From: Eledone cirrhosa | Lineage: Eukaryota | DNA length: 64,000 nucleotides | NCBI GenBank assembly: GCA_964016885.1 | Contig: OZ024749.1 | Coordinates: 35,960,001-36,024,000, forward strand | Reading direction: 5' to 3' | Program-made: the position numbers and the translations under genes | Notes under the pieces: generated by a model | The model's input: the letters and a program-made list of their open reading frames with translations, nothing else | Databases searched by the model: none | What the model was told of the DNA's origin: nothing | Part shown: piece after piece, positions 53,291 to 64,000 of the stretch | Layout: each line of letters starts with the position of its first letter | How positions within the stretch are numbered: position 1 is the first letter of the stretch

Positions 53291-53945
53291 TTAAAAATTA
53301 GAATTGGAGCTCTGAAATAGCAATATATATATGGATGTATATATAATGTATTTTGCAATACACTTTATGCTTAATTAAAAGCATTTTGAAGACCGTAAGC
53401 TATTGTTTTTTAGAGTAGTGACAAATTCACTTACTTTGATCTCAGCAAACAGGGGAGATAAGCCGACAAGGCCTTGTTTCGCTTTTGTTGAAGCTTATAG
53501 AGGCTAACTACTCCCACCTGTCTACCGTGATCACTGATGTTATATTCTTATAGAATTCTAGTAAATAATCAGGAGCTGATTATGCAGAGCGGTTGTTGGT
53601 CAGGCAGAAATTAAAAATTAGAATTGGAGCTCTGAAATAGCAATATATATATGGATGTATATATAATGTATTTTGCAATACACTTTATGCTTAAATAAAA
53701 GCATTTTGAAGACCGTAAGCTATTGTTTTTTAGAGTAGTGACAAATTCACTTACTTTGATCTCAGCAAACAGGGGAGATAAGCCGACAAGGCCTTGTTTC
53801 GCTTTTGTTGAAGCTTATCAAGGCTAACTACTCCCACATGTCTACCGAGATTACTGATGTTATATTCTTATAGAATTCTAGTAAATAATCAGGAGCTGAT
53901 TATGCAGAGCGGTTGTTGGTCAGGCAGAAATTAAAAATTAGAATT
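53291..53945 (-). mobile_element. 320-bp tandem dimer with one HHR motif per unit (non-LTR retrozyme-like)
   Basis: Units start at 53291, 53611 and 53931 (TTAAAAATTAGAATT); HHR motifs at 53461-53505 and 53781-53825. Confidence 0.75.
53781..53825 (-). ncRNA. Hammerhead ribozyme with U3-A8 core
   Basis: AGCC-TTGATAA-GCTT-CAACAA-AAGC-GAAA-CAAGGCCTTGT-C-GGCT; perfect 12-nt palindromic stem III, GUC site. Confidence 0.75.
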
Positions 53946-53997
53946 TTTTCCAATTCTATCACGCCCGTCCCCTCAATCTATTTTATATCTCATTCTT

Positions 53998-54033
53998 TCT
54001 TCTGATGAAGGTCTAGCGTCTGAAACGTTAAGA
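53998..54033 (+). ncRNA. Minimal type I hammerhead ribozyme
   Basis: TCTT-CTGATGA-AGG-TCTAGCG-TCT-GAAA-CGT-T-AAGA; ACGT palindrome as in Penelope-type minimal HHRs. Confidence 0.7.
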
Positions 54034-54129
54034 CCCTCTTCCTGCTATATCAAGCGTTAACCTAATATATCCCTTCCATATACTGTACCGATTGTGTTGT
54101 TAGTTCTGTTTACCTTTTACATACATACA

Positions 54130-54464
54130 TCATCATTTCATTTTACGTCCGCTTTTTCCCTGATTACAAGGGTGGGACGGAAACTGATTCTGGCTTGACT
54201 TCTACAGCTGGATGCCCTTCCTAACACCAACCTCATTTACAGTGAGTGCTGGGTGCTTTTTTGCCGTGGCACCTACACGACCACTTTGCAGTGGAATGAT
54301 ATGGACCCCAGTCCCTATCATCTCATTTCTACAGCTGAGTAAACTGGAGCAATGTGAAATAAAGTGTCTTGCTCAAGGAAACAACACATCACCCGGTCTG
54401 AGAATTGAACTCACAACCTTTCGATTGCAAGGCCAATGCTCTAACCACTAAGCCATGTGCCTCC
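54130..54464 (-). mobile_element. SINE family A
   Basis: Reverse-complement copy. Confidence 0.9.
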
Positions 54465-54881
54465 ATATATATATATATTAAATTAACATTATGTTTTTAT
54501 TTTTCCATCAATAGTAATTATTAATAGTATTTTTTCTCATGAGGACAGGTGTTAAACATTTGCAAACACTGTTGACTGTATACATAGGTACATATATATA
54601 TATATATATATATATATCTTAAACTATGTCGGAAATATGTCCACTTATAGTACAAGTTAACAACATTGCAGCCTTGTTAAAAGTATACATACACACTCAT
54701 GCATATATATATATACATATGTGTGTGTGTGTGTGTGTGTAAGTATATGTGTGTGTGCACACATGTATGTGCACGCGTGTGTGTACCCAAGAGCATAAGA
54801 ATACAGATAAATACAGATGTACATGCAAGTGTTTGTGCTTTGTGTACATATAAGTGAATGTGTATATATGTGTGCGTATGT

Positions 54882-54913
<32 letters not shown>

Positions 54914-54995
54914 TCACTTATATATACATGTGTTTATCTGTCTTTTTATGCTCTTGAGTACACACACACGCACACCACACAGATATACACACACA

Positions 54996-55060
<65 letters not shown>

Positions 55061-55387
55061 CACATTAATTTATATTATTTTACTTTTCATTTTTAAGTAG
55101 TGTATTTTTATTTTATTTTTATTTGTACCAAGATGGTTAAATGTAGCAACTTAGCAAGAATAATGTAATGTTATTATACTTGTACTATAAGTAGATATGT
55201 GTCCAACATAGTTTTAGACAGTATATATAAATATATATATGTGTGTGTGTGTGTATATATATATGTGTGTGTGTGTATATATATATATATATGTGTGTGT
55301 GTGTATATATATATATATGTGTGTGTGTGTGTATATATATATGTGTATATATATATGTGTATATATATGTGTGCGTGTGTGTATATA

Positions 55388-55427
<40 letters not shown>

Positions 55428-55443
55428 CATGTGTGTGTATATA

Positions 55444-55480
<37 letters not shown>

Positions 55481-55880
55481 GCACATACATACCCAGTAAT
55501 GTCTGAAAATATTCAACTACTGTCCTCATGAGAATATAAAGCACTATTAATAATGTCTATTTGTGGAGATAAATAATAAATAATTGTTTCTACTTTTGGC
55601 ACAAGGCCAGCAATTACCCAGTAGATTACTGGTACTTTATTTTATCGACCCCATAAGGATGAAAGGCAAAGTTAACCTCGGCGGGATTTAAATAATAAAT
55701 AATATAGGCACAGACATGTCTGCATGGTTAAGAAGCTTGTTTTATGTGTGGTTGTAGGTTCAGTCCCACTGTGTGGAACTCTAGGCAAGTCTCACCTTTA
55801 CTATAGCTTCAGGTTGACCAATGGTTTTTGAGTAGAAGGAATATCATACCCAGAAAATGGAGAAGCCTGTAGTACATATA

Positions 55881-55950
<70 letters not shown>

Positions 55951-55953
<3 letters not shown>

Positions 55954-56283
55954 AAGGGATATTTAATTTGTTCGAAATACAACAAATATAAATGTTTATA
56001 ACTGATTCAGAGCACTCAACAAAGTTTTCTGGAGTAAATATACCATGATATTAAATAAATGGAAACTATATTTATAAAACCATATTTATTCTATTATATA
56101 TATTTCAAGGGTAAGAAAATTCAACTGATAAGGTATGATTTCCTTGGCTATGTCAAAATTTATAAAACACTCTTTACATTTTATCTGATGAAAGTGTACC
56201 AAAGTTTTTTGGTACCCTTGAAATATATATAATAGAATAAATATGGTTTTATAAATATAGTTTCTATTTATTTAATATCATTG
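55951..56283. mobile_element. Inverted-repeat HHR element in (TA)n (family of 7360-7785)
   Basis: Arms 56045-56113/56213-56281; shares GGAAACTATATTTATAAAACCATATTTATT with the 7.4-kb element. Confidence 0.8.
56178..56238 (+). ncRNA. Type I hammerhead ribozyme (canonical core)
   Basis: ATTTTAT-CTGATGA-AAGTGTACCAAA..TTTGGTACCCTT-GAAA-TATATAT-A-ATAGAAT. Confidence 0.85.
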
Positions 56284-56421
56284 TATATATATATATGTTT
56301 GAGAAAATATCAAATATGCACCCTATCACCTGTAGAACAAGCTCAAAGAAAGATTCTAAGGAAAAAATCCAAGCATTTATTATAAAAGATAATGATTGAC
56401 ACATATTCATACATATATATC

Positions 56422-56469
<48 letters not shown>

Positions 56470-56521
56470 GATGATCATCATCATCACCGTTTAACATATA
56501 TATATAAATATATATATGTGG

Positions 56522-56850
56522 GGGCATATTGTCTATATGCTTCAGCTTGTACCCATGGGAGGTAATACAGAGTACCCGACCTCCCATGGGTACAAGCTAA
56601 AGCATATAGACAATATGCCCGCCACACCCTCCCACTGCAAAGTGGTCATGGAGGTGCCACGGCAAAAAAGCACCCAGCCCACACTGTAAATGAGGTTGGT
56701 GTTAGGAAGGGCATCCGGCTGTAGAAATCAAGCCAAAATCAGTTCCTGTATGAGCAAGGCATGGTCAGCCGACCAGACACTGCCCACAACAGGACAACCC
56801 GTCTAACTCATGCTAGCATGGAAGAACGGACGTAAAACGGTGATGATGAT
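56522..56850 (+). mobile_element. RTE 3' UTR fragment with a 5' inversion
   Basis: 42-bp inverted arms 56522-56563/56579-56620, then the RTE tail. Confidence 0.8.
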
Positions 56851-57347
56851 GTTTATATATACAGGCAGTTCCCCATTCCAAGCACTCATTGCTGTAACAA
56901 GGTCCGTCTTGTGTTAGGTTGTATTCCAGTATTCCAGAGTTAAGGTGGCTGAGTTAAGAGTGTGAATAAAAGTAAGTACGATTGAAGTCATTTTTGCAGC
57001 ATAAAGATTATACATATGCAGCAACCAACTTTGATCCTACTTACTTTTATATATATATATACATGTTAACAGATCAGAATTGCAGAAATCAAGTCTTGGT
57101 TTGGCATTTTCATATGTTAATATCATACCCACCCGAAGTTGTTTTTCTTACTGATTAATGTATGTGTGCATCCTAAGTAATGGGCTTATATTTTTGATAA
57201 TACAACCCTAATTATATCACTGAGTGAGTGAGGAAATGGCCAAGGCTATGTCAATTCTTTTGACTAGCTTTGTATACCCATTTATATATATATATGTGTG
57301 TGCGCGTGTGTGTGTGTATATATATATATATGTATATATATATACAT

Positions 57348-57690
57348 GGAGGCACATGGCTTAGTGGTTAGAGCATTGGCCTTGCAATCGAAAGGTTGTG
57401 AGTTCAATTCTCAGACCGGGTGATGTGTTGTTTCCTTGAGCAAGACACTTTATTTCACATTGCTCCAGTTTACTCAGCTGTAGGGATGAGATGATAGGGA
57501 CTGGGGTCCCTATCATTCCACTGCAAAGTGGTCATGGAGGTGCCACGGCATAAAAGCACCCAGCACTCACTGTAAATGAGGTTGGTGTTAGGAAGGGCAT
57601 CCAGCTGTAGAAATCAAGCCAGAATCAGTTCCCGTCCCACCCTTGCTAGCAGGGAAAAGCGGACGTAAAATGAAATGATGATGATGATGA
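57348..57690 (+). mobile_element. SINE family A
   Basis: A/B boxes and (GAT)n tail. Confidence 0.9.
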
Positions 57691-57972
57691 TATATGTGTG
57701 TGCGTGTGTTTATATATATATATGTGTATATATATATAGATATATATATATATATATAAATATGTATATATATATAGAGAGAGAGAGAATAAGTAAAAAG
57801 CAAAGTTTGTGCTGTAGTTGTTTAAAAATCATTTTTTAACAAAGCTGTAATACATATTTCAATGGTGATAATGGTTACATGATGATTCAATCACGCAACA
57901 GTCACGTAATATTATCAGACACCATTGTATGTAATAAGGTTACGTCTCTGAGGCAATCTAATTTAATGTGTG

Positions 57973-58013
<41 letters not shown>

Positions 58014-58015
<2 letters not shown>

Positions 58016-58655
58016 AGGGCGGGTAAAATTCCCGAGATCCATGGACGAGTTCTCTCCAGCGGTCTCTGTCCCTCATTATCGCTGCCATGTCCTGCGTCTC
58101 CAACAGACCAGTGTCTGTCCTTAGGGCATCAACATACTTTAACCTTGAACTTCCTCTTCCAGTGTGTCCATGCAGGGGCTCCCACAGGAGCACTGAGTGC
58201 AGTGTCAACTCTGGATGTCGGTGAGCATGTCCAGCTAACCTCAGTCTTCTCTGTGTCACTTTTGAGCTGACTTTTGGGAGACTCCCATACAGCTCTGAGT
58301 TTTTTATCCTCAGTGTATACTGATTAATGTTCAGAGCCAACCTCAGCATTCTCGTGTAGCACCCATCCACCATCTGAGTGAGTTTCTTGGTCAGTGTCCA
58401 AGTCTCAGACCTGTACAGCAGCACAGACTCAACTACAGCAATGAAGAGGCGGATCTTCAGGTCTTCACGAAGGTCCGACTTCCACACCGATCTCAAACTG
58501 TGGCACGCTGCCCAGGCTTTGTTCTTCCTCTCAACCACATCATCTTCTGTATTCCCAATCTTTGCTCCCAAATACAGGAAGTCCACAACTAATTCCAGCG
58601 GCTTCCCGCCTACATTAGTGATCCCATCTGGCTTCTCAACATTCTCTACCAGATA
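58014..58655 (-). mobile_element. RTE-like LINE RT C-terminal fragment (second family)
   Basis: FLYLGAKIG, VESVLLYRSETWTLTKK, RRLRLAGHAHRH. Confidence 0.85.
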
Positions 58656-58658
58656 TTT

Positions 58659-58694
<36 letters not shown>

Positions 58695-59378
58695 TATATA
58701 TATTATATATCGATTAACTTAAGAAACATTGGGAAAATTTGAAATATAAAGTTCCAATGAAAATTACTATAATAATAGTCGATCACTATAAATACTATTT
58801 GAAAAAAATCAGGTAAATTAGCTTTTGAGATAGAAAAAGTAAAAAAAGGGGCTTGTAAGGAATCAAACCTTGCATTCTTTGCTTAGATTACTTCAATTTC
58901 TCCAAGAATTATTTATAGTGATTGACTAATATTACGGGACACACACATTTCAGATATATATAAACACACATTACACAATAAAATATGATGTACTCCACAG
59001 ATCTTTACCATAGAATTTCCAGATCAATAAAAATGTTGGTAAAACCGAGTTAGACATTTCTAAAAATTGCTGGAATTTATCATTTGACAACATTTTTATC
59101 ACCTTTTTTAATTTTTTTTATTTTTTAAAAATGTTGTTTTTGTTTTAAATTTTGCTTTATTTTTTTTCCTCCTGGCTAAAATTTTGTAAAAGAAAAATTA
59201 GAAAATTTTATTTCAATAAAGAATTTTATTTCCACAAAATTTTATTTATTATTATTTCTTTATAATTTTATTTTAATTCTGTTTTATTACCTGAATTTCT
59301 TACCTGCAACTGAGACAAACATGCTAGACATATTCAGAAGATTGCTTCTTGCTGTAAATCCTGATAAAAGATAAATTC

Positions 59379-59409
<31 letters not shown>

Positions 59410-59439
59410 TTTGCACTTATGATAATGATGATGATGATA

Positions 59440-60350
59440 GTGATAATAATGATTTCTTTTATTAGCCACAAGGGCCCAGATATTGGGGACATCACAAAGA
59501 CAAAATAACATAGAGTGGCGTTTACACTAACTAAAGGAAAGAGGACATCACTGAAGAGCAAACAAAATAACAATTAATTGAAGCTGTAATAAATATTCCT
59601 AACAATAGAAAACAATAATAAATGTCAACAAGGACTAATTCCTCAATAGTGAAGAACTAAACATAGGGTAATTCCAGGGAGAACCTCACACAAAACTCCA
59701 GGATACTTTGTTGCCTCACAGTCATTGAAAGTGCCTTCTCCTGGTTTCATTCCTCCTGCTTAGAAAAGCACAATCAAAATAAAACAATTCAGTTTCAGGC
59801 ATCTTGCTATTCTCACCCATCTTTCATAAAACACTAGAGAGCAGCACTTCCCTTTTTACTCTCACCTTCCGCCTCAAGTGGAATTTTATGAAGGCTTGGC
59901 TGGAGAGGAACTTTCCTGTCCTCAATCCCTTTAGATGAGGCCACTATACAGCTTCCTTCACCACTAGACAAAGTAAAACTTACCATGCCTCCCTTCTAAA
60001 AGAAGGTGGTGGTTCAAATTTTACCAGCTAATAGCCAGATCTGTCTTACATGTGATAGCAGTTGTTCAACACAAGCACACAACTTTGCAATGCATGAATA
60101 CTGAATGATAGAATGCTGAACAATTGCATCACCTAATTTACATCTCAAACAGTTCTGGCTGTTGACACTTCCATGCTTGTAAAGCTTATCTCTAACTGGT
60201 AGTGGCCCTCTGTAGCTCTGCCATGCCAAGGACTTTTGTAAATTGTCCATAATCCCCAACCTGAAAGTTCTCCAGAAGAACCTGTTCAGACTGTCCTTGA
60301 CAACCCCCAGGACCACTCCCTGGCCATCACTGTTCATACCTTCCACTAAT
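59440..60350 (-). mobile_element. Tx1/L1-like LINE 3' fragment
   Basis: zf-RVT-like LAWQSYRGPLPVRDKL..CLRC..H; AATAAA and a simple-repeat tail at ~59460. Confidence 0.6.
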
Positions 60351-60786
60351 CTTCTCTAGAATATGCATTGTTTTCTGGCCACCTACCATGATATTCAGTT
60401 GGTAAAGTGCCATGAGAATATGACAGTACTTTAGATGCCACTAATGATAATAATTATATTAATGATGATAATTATATTGATGATGATAATCATAATGATG
60501 ATAAGGATAATGATAATTACGACAATTGTGATTTCCTTGAACATAATGCTTGTTAGCAATTTCCACACAAAGGGCAGATATATGATAGGCCTGCAGTTGG
60601 TAATATCATTATTATTATTACTTTACGTTCTGAGTTCACATCCCGCTGAAGTTAGTTTTGCATTTCATCCTTACAAGGCCCCATGTATAAGGATGACAAA
60701 AACATTAGTTATGACAATAATTATCATAATTATAATCACGAGGATTATGACAATAATACTGATGTTGATGATGACAGCAGCATCAA

Positions 60787-60827
<41 letters not shown>

Positions 60828-60930
60828 TTAATAATGAAATAGTCATAATAAAAAGAGTCACACTAATAATGGTTTCTTATGACAATAATACTGATGTTGA
60901 TGATGACAGCAGCATCAATGGTAGTAGTAT

Positions 60931-60980
<50 letters not shown>

Positions 60981-62729
60981 TTAATAATGAAATAGTCATA
61001 ATAAAAAGAGTCACACTAATAATGGTTTCTTATATAGGCACAAGGCCAGCAATTTTGGGGGAGGGGAAAGTCGATTAAACCGACCCCAGTGCGTGACTGG
61101 TACTTTATTTTATTGACCCCGTAAGGATGAAAGACAAAGCTAACTTCAGCGGGATTTGAACTCAGAACATAAAGTAATAATAATAATGATATTACCAACT
61201 ACAGGCCTATCATATGTCTGCTCTTGGTGTGGAAATTGCTAACAAGCATTATGTTCGAGGAAATCACAACATCCAAACCTTTTGATTTGATTTTACACCT
61301 CATGCCTATGCATCGTTTCTTCCCTACTTTGGCCTTCTTCCATTTTCCTCAATGCCATACATCCATTTTACTTGGATCTTTTCTGAGCTGAGTTATATCA
61401 CCTTCCAATCTTATTTTCTACCAGGGCACCTTACATTTTTTCCTTTCAGTTTGATGAAAACCTAATCACTCCCCCACCAGAAAGCCTGCAGTGCTAATTA
61501 ACTTTCTCAGTACCATTGGTTTCTATATACATCATTGCATGGATTATTTTTGCTGTTTGACTTGCTAAATAACGTCTCTCTCTCTCTCTATATTCTGAAG
61601 ATTTAGCGGTGTCTTATTGAATCCTGGATCATTAAACAGATCTCTCAATCTTTTGATGATCAATCTTGTTTCTTCCTTTTCTTAATTTTCATGTTCATTC
61701 ACACTTTCAATATCCCTATTATCAGTCACTTGATTTTCAACTCTCTCCACATTAAGGAGTTCATGTGTTCCCTTATCAGCATTTTGGTAGGCTAATTCTT
61801 ACTCAGTTGATTCATTTTCATTATGATCTCTATGTTTCCCATTTTCCACATTCACATCATCTAAGTTACCTTCAGTATTAACATTCGTGCTTTGAACTTC
61901 AATATCCAGGACCTTTAATTCAAACTTGGTGAGCCAATTACTCCTAATTTTCTTTATCTGTCCCATTAAATTGTTCAAACTGATTTAAAACATTCCAAAC
62001 CTTTTCCAATGCTGAAGTATCCGTTCACCCACACCACATAATCATCCTTCTTTTGCAAGAATGTGACACTTGGTTGCAATTTTATTATCTTCTTTGCTCC
62101 ATTTCCTTCTGCTTCCAGTTTAATTGCATCGTTATACTTTCCTGCTGCTATAAACATGTGATTTATTTTAAGGTACAATTGCATGATAAGTACCTACGGG
62201 CACCTGCACCCTCTGAGATGAGCTGTTAACAACTCCACTCTTGTCACACTTGCCCTGCCCAATGGCTTCACCTCTGGTTGCCACCAAGAGATTCCCATCA
62301 AGAGTTCCACCCCTATAACAGTTTGAATTCATATTTCTTCTCTTCATCATTTTCATATTTGTGTTTATGAGATTGAACAGCTACCAGTACTTTTATTGTA
62401 TACACAACCACTATGAAGATCACCGACCAAGGATAAAGAACCATTCCTGGCCTTTTGGCAGTTGTTGTTATTGTTGTTTCTGCTGCTTGTTCTAACTATC
62501 ATTGAGACAGTGGTTGTGCTGGTGTTGGTAGCAGTGGGGTTTCTGTGGTGGTGATGATGGTGTGGGTGCCATTGCAGCTGTTTGTGGTTGTTTTTTCTTT
62601 CATTTTGTTGTCCTGTGAGTGATACTGCTTGTTTTGCCCTGGCGAAGGTCAGCAGGTCTAGTCTATAAATCGACTGGTGTTGGCTTTGCCATAGAAAAAG
62701 GGATTGGTAAATTGTCCTTATCAGTTATC

Positions 62730-63098
62730 GGTGGATTGGCAGTATCGGTAGAGGGTCGGACGCCATGCTTTCAGCATAGTTACATCCCTTTACGATCTGA
62801 GTTCAAATCCCGCCGAGGTTGACTTTGCCTTTCATCCTTACGGGGTCAATAAAATAAAGTACCAGTAATGCACTGGGTAATTGCTGGCCTTGTGCCTAAA
62901 GTAGAAACAATTATTGCTATTGGCAGTATCGGTAAAGGGTCAGACTCCATGCTTTCTAGCATAGTTATGTCCCTTTATGATCTGAGTTCAAATCCCGCCG
63001 AGGTTAACTTTGCCTTTCATCCTTACGGGGTCGATAAAATAAAGTACCAGTAATGTACTGGGTAATTGCTGGCCTTGTGTCAAAAAGTAGAAACAATT
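62730..63098 (+). mobile_element. Two tandem SINE family B copies
   Basis: Head-to-tail copies starting at ~62730 and ~62919. Confidence 0.85.
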
Positions 63099-64000
63099 AT
63101 TGCTACTTTCTGAGTTGTAGCTGAGTTTGATTTTTCTTGCATCACATTAAAGATTAGTCTTTCTGCAAATGTTTACAATGATCTGTTTGCTAGTAAAGAT
63201 ACTATAAATATTTGAATTACTAAACCACATGGAACTATTGTACTTAAGCAAGACATTTTTGAAAAGTACAAAATAGCATTATGAGTGCATCACATTAAAA
63301 ATTAAAATGTTTACTCTAATACTGTAGATTTTTACAATGATCTGGCCACTAGTAAGTATATTATGAATATTTGTATTAATAAACAATTTGCCATTTCCTG
63401 TAATTAAGTTTATTTACAGAATCAAAGAAAGTTTAAGAGACTGGTTTGTTTAGTTCTGAATATTAGATAATAACTTAATGCATAAATTTTAAGTAAGAAA
63501 CATACTGATGTTTATGATATATGATGCCATATACGAATGCTGGCTAAAAGGTTCATAGAATGACCACGATACTCTCATAGAATGACCACGATACTCTCAT
63601 GGACTGACCAAATGGAGTTTATTTTTTAACATAGTCCTTAGAAAGAAACAATAAGTTATTAATAAGAAGAGTTGAAATTAATTCATGCAATATTTCACAG
63701 CTCAAGCATCATTCTTTCATAGTCAGACTATGAACTTTTCAGCTAATCCTCATACTATGATGTCATATTGTGTGATGGTATTAGATATGATATATCTTAT
63801 GCTGTCATAGCATAAGATATATGATGTCATAGTGTGTGATGTCATATACAATGTTATAAGATATGATACTATATATTATGCTGTCATAGTGAATATTGTT
63901 ATGTCATGTCATGTGATGCAAAACTGTATGATGTCATAATGTATGGTGTCATAGATATGCTTTCATTTGTGTGGTGTCACTGGGGATGATGTTACAGTGT

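Noticed and set aside
52930-53358. YI/HT-rich ORFs here and elsewhere
   Set aside because: Translations of (TA)n and (CA)n microsatellites
57190-57256. TTGATAA..GAAA-TGGCCAAGGCTATGTC
   Set aside because: Stems I and II do not pair adequately; at most a decayed remnant
61280-62340. Possible old LINE ORF1/endonuclease remnant
   Set aside because: Too degenerate to identify any diagnostic motif with confidence

Overview
AT-rich, microsatellite-saturated eukaryotic DNA. The SINE sequences and the (TA)n/(CAT)n density suggest an octopus or other coleoid cephalopod; this is inference. The only host protein-coding sequence I can support is a terminal exon of a TMEM126-family gene (9001-9523, +). 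The rest is mostly two tRNA-derived SINE families, truncated RTE, CR1-like and Tx1/L1-like LINEs, a mariner fossil, piggyBac/Tigger/hAT-like MITEs and SINE/LINE-derived tandem arrays. Most ORFs in the track are repeat artefacts. The main unannotated signal is a dense set of minimal type I hammerhead ribozyme (HHR) motifs that I folded by hand: 8 with a canonical core, 2 loci with a compensated U3-A8 core, and several degenerate or half copies. They sit in short non-coding elements that lie mostly in (TA)n tracts. These elements occur as long inverted repeats (some folding back within ribozyme stem II) or as 320-400 bp tandem or terminally repeated units, the architecture of Penelope-like pseudo-LTRs and non-LTR retrozymes. 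No ribozyme activity has been tested, and most repeat boundaries are approximate.
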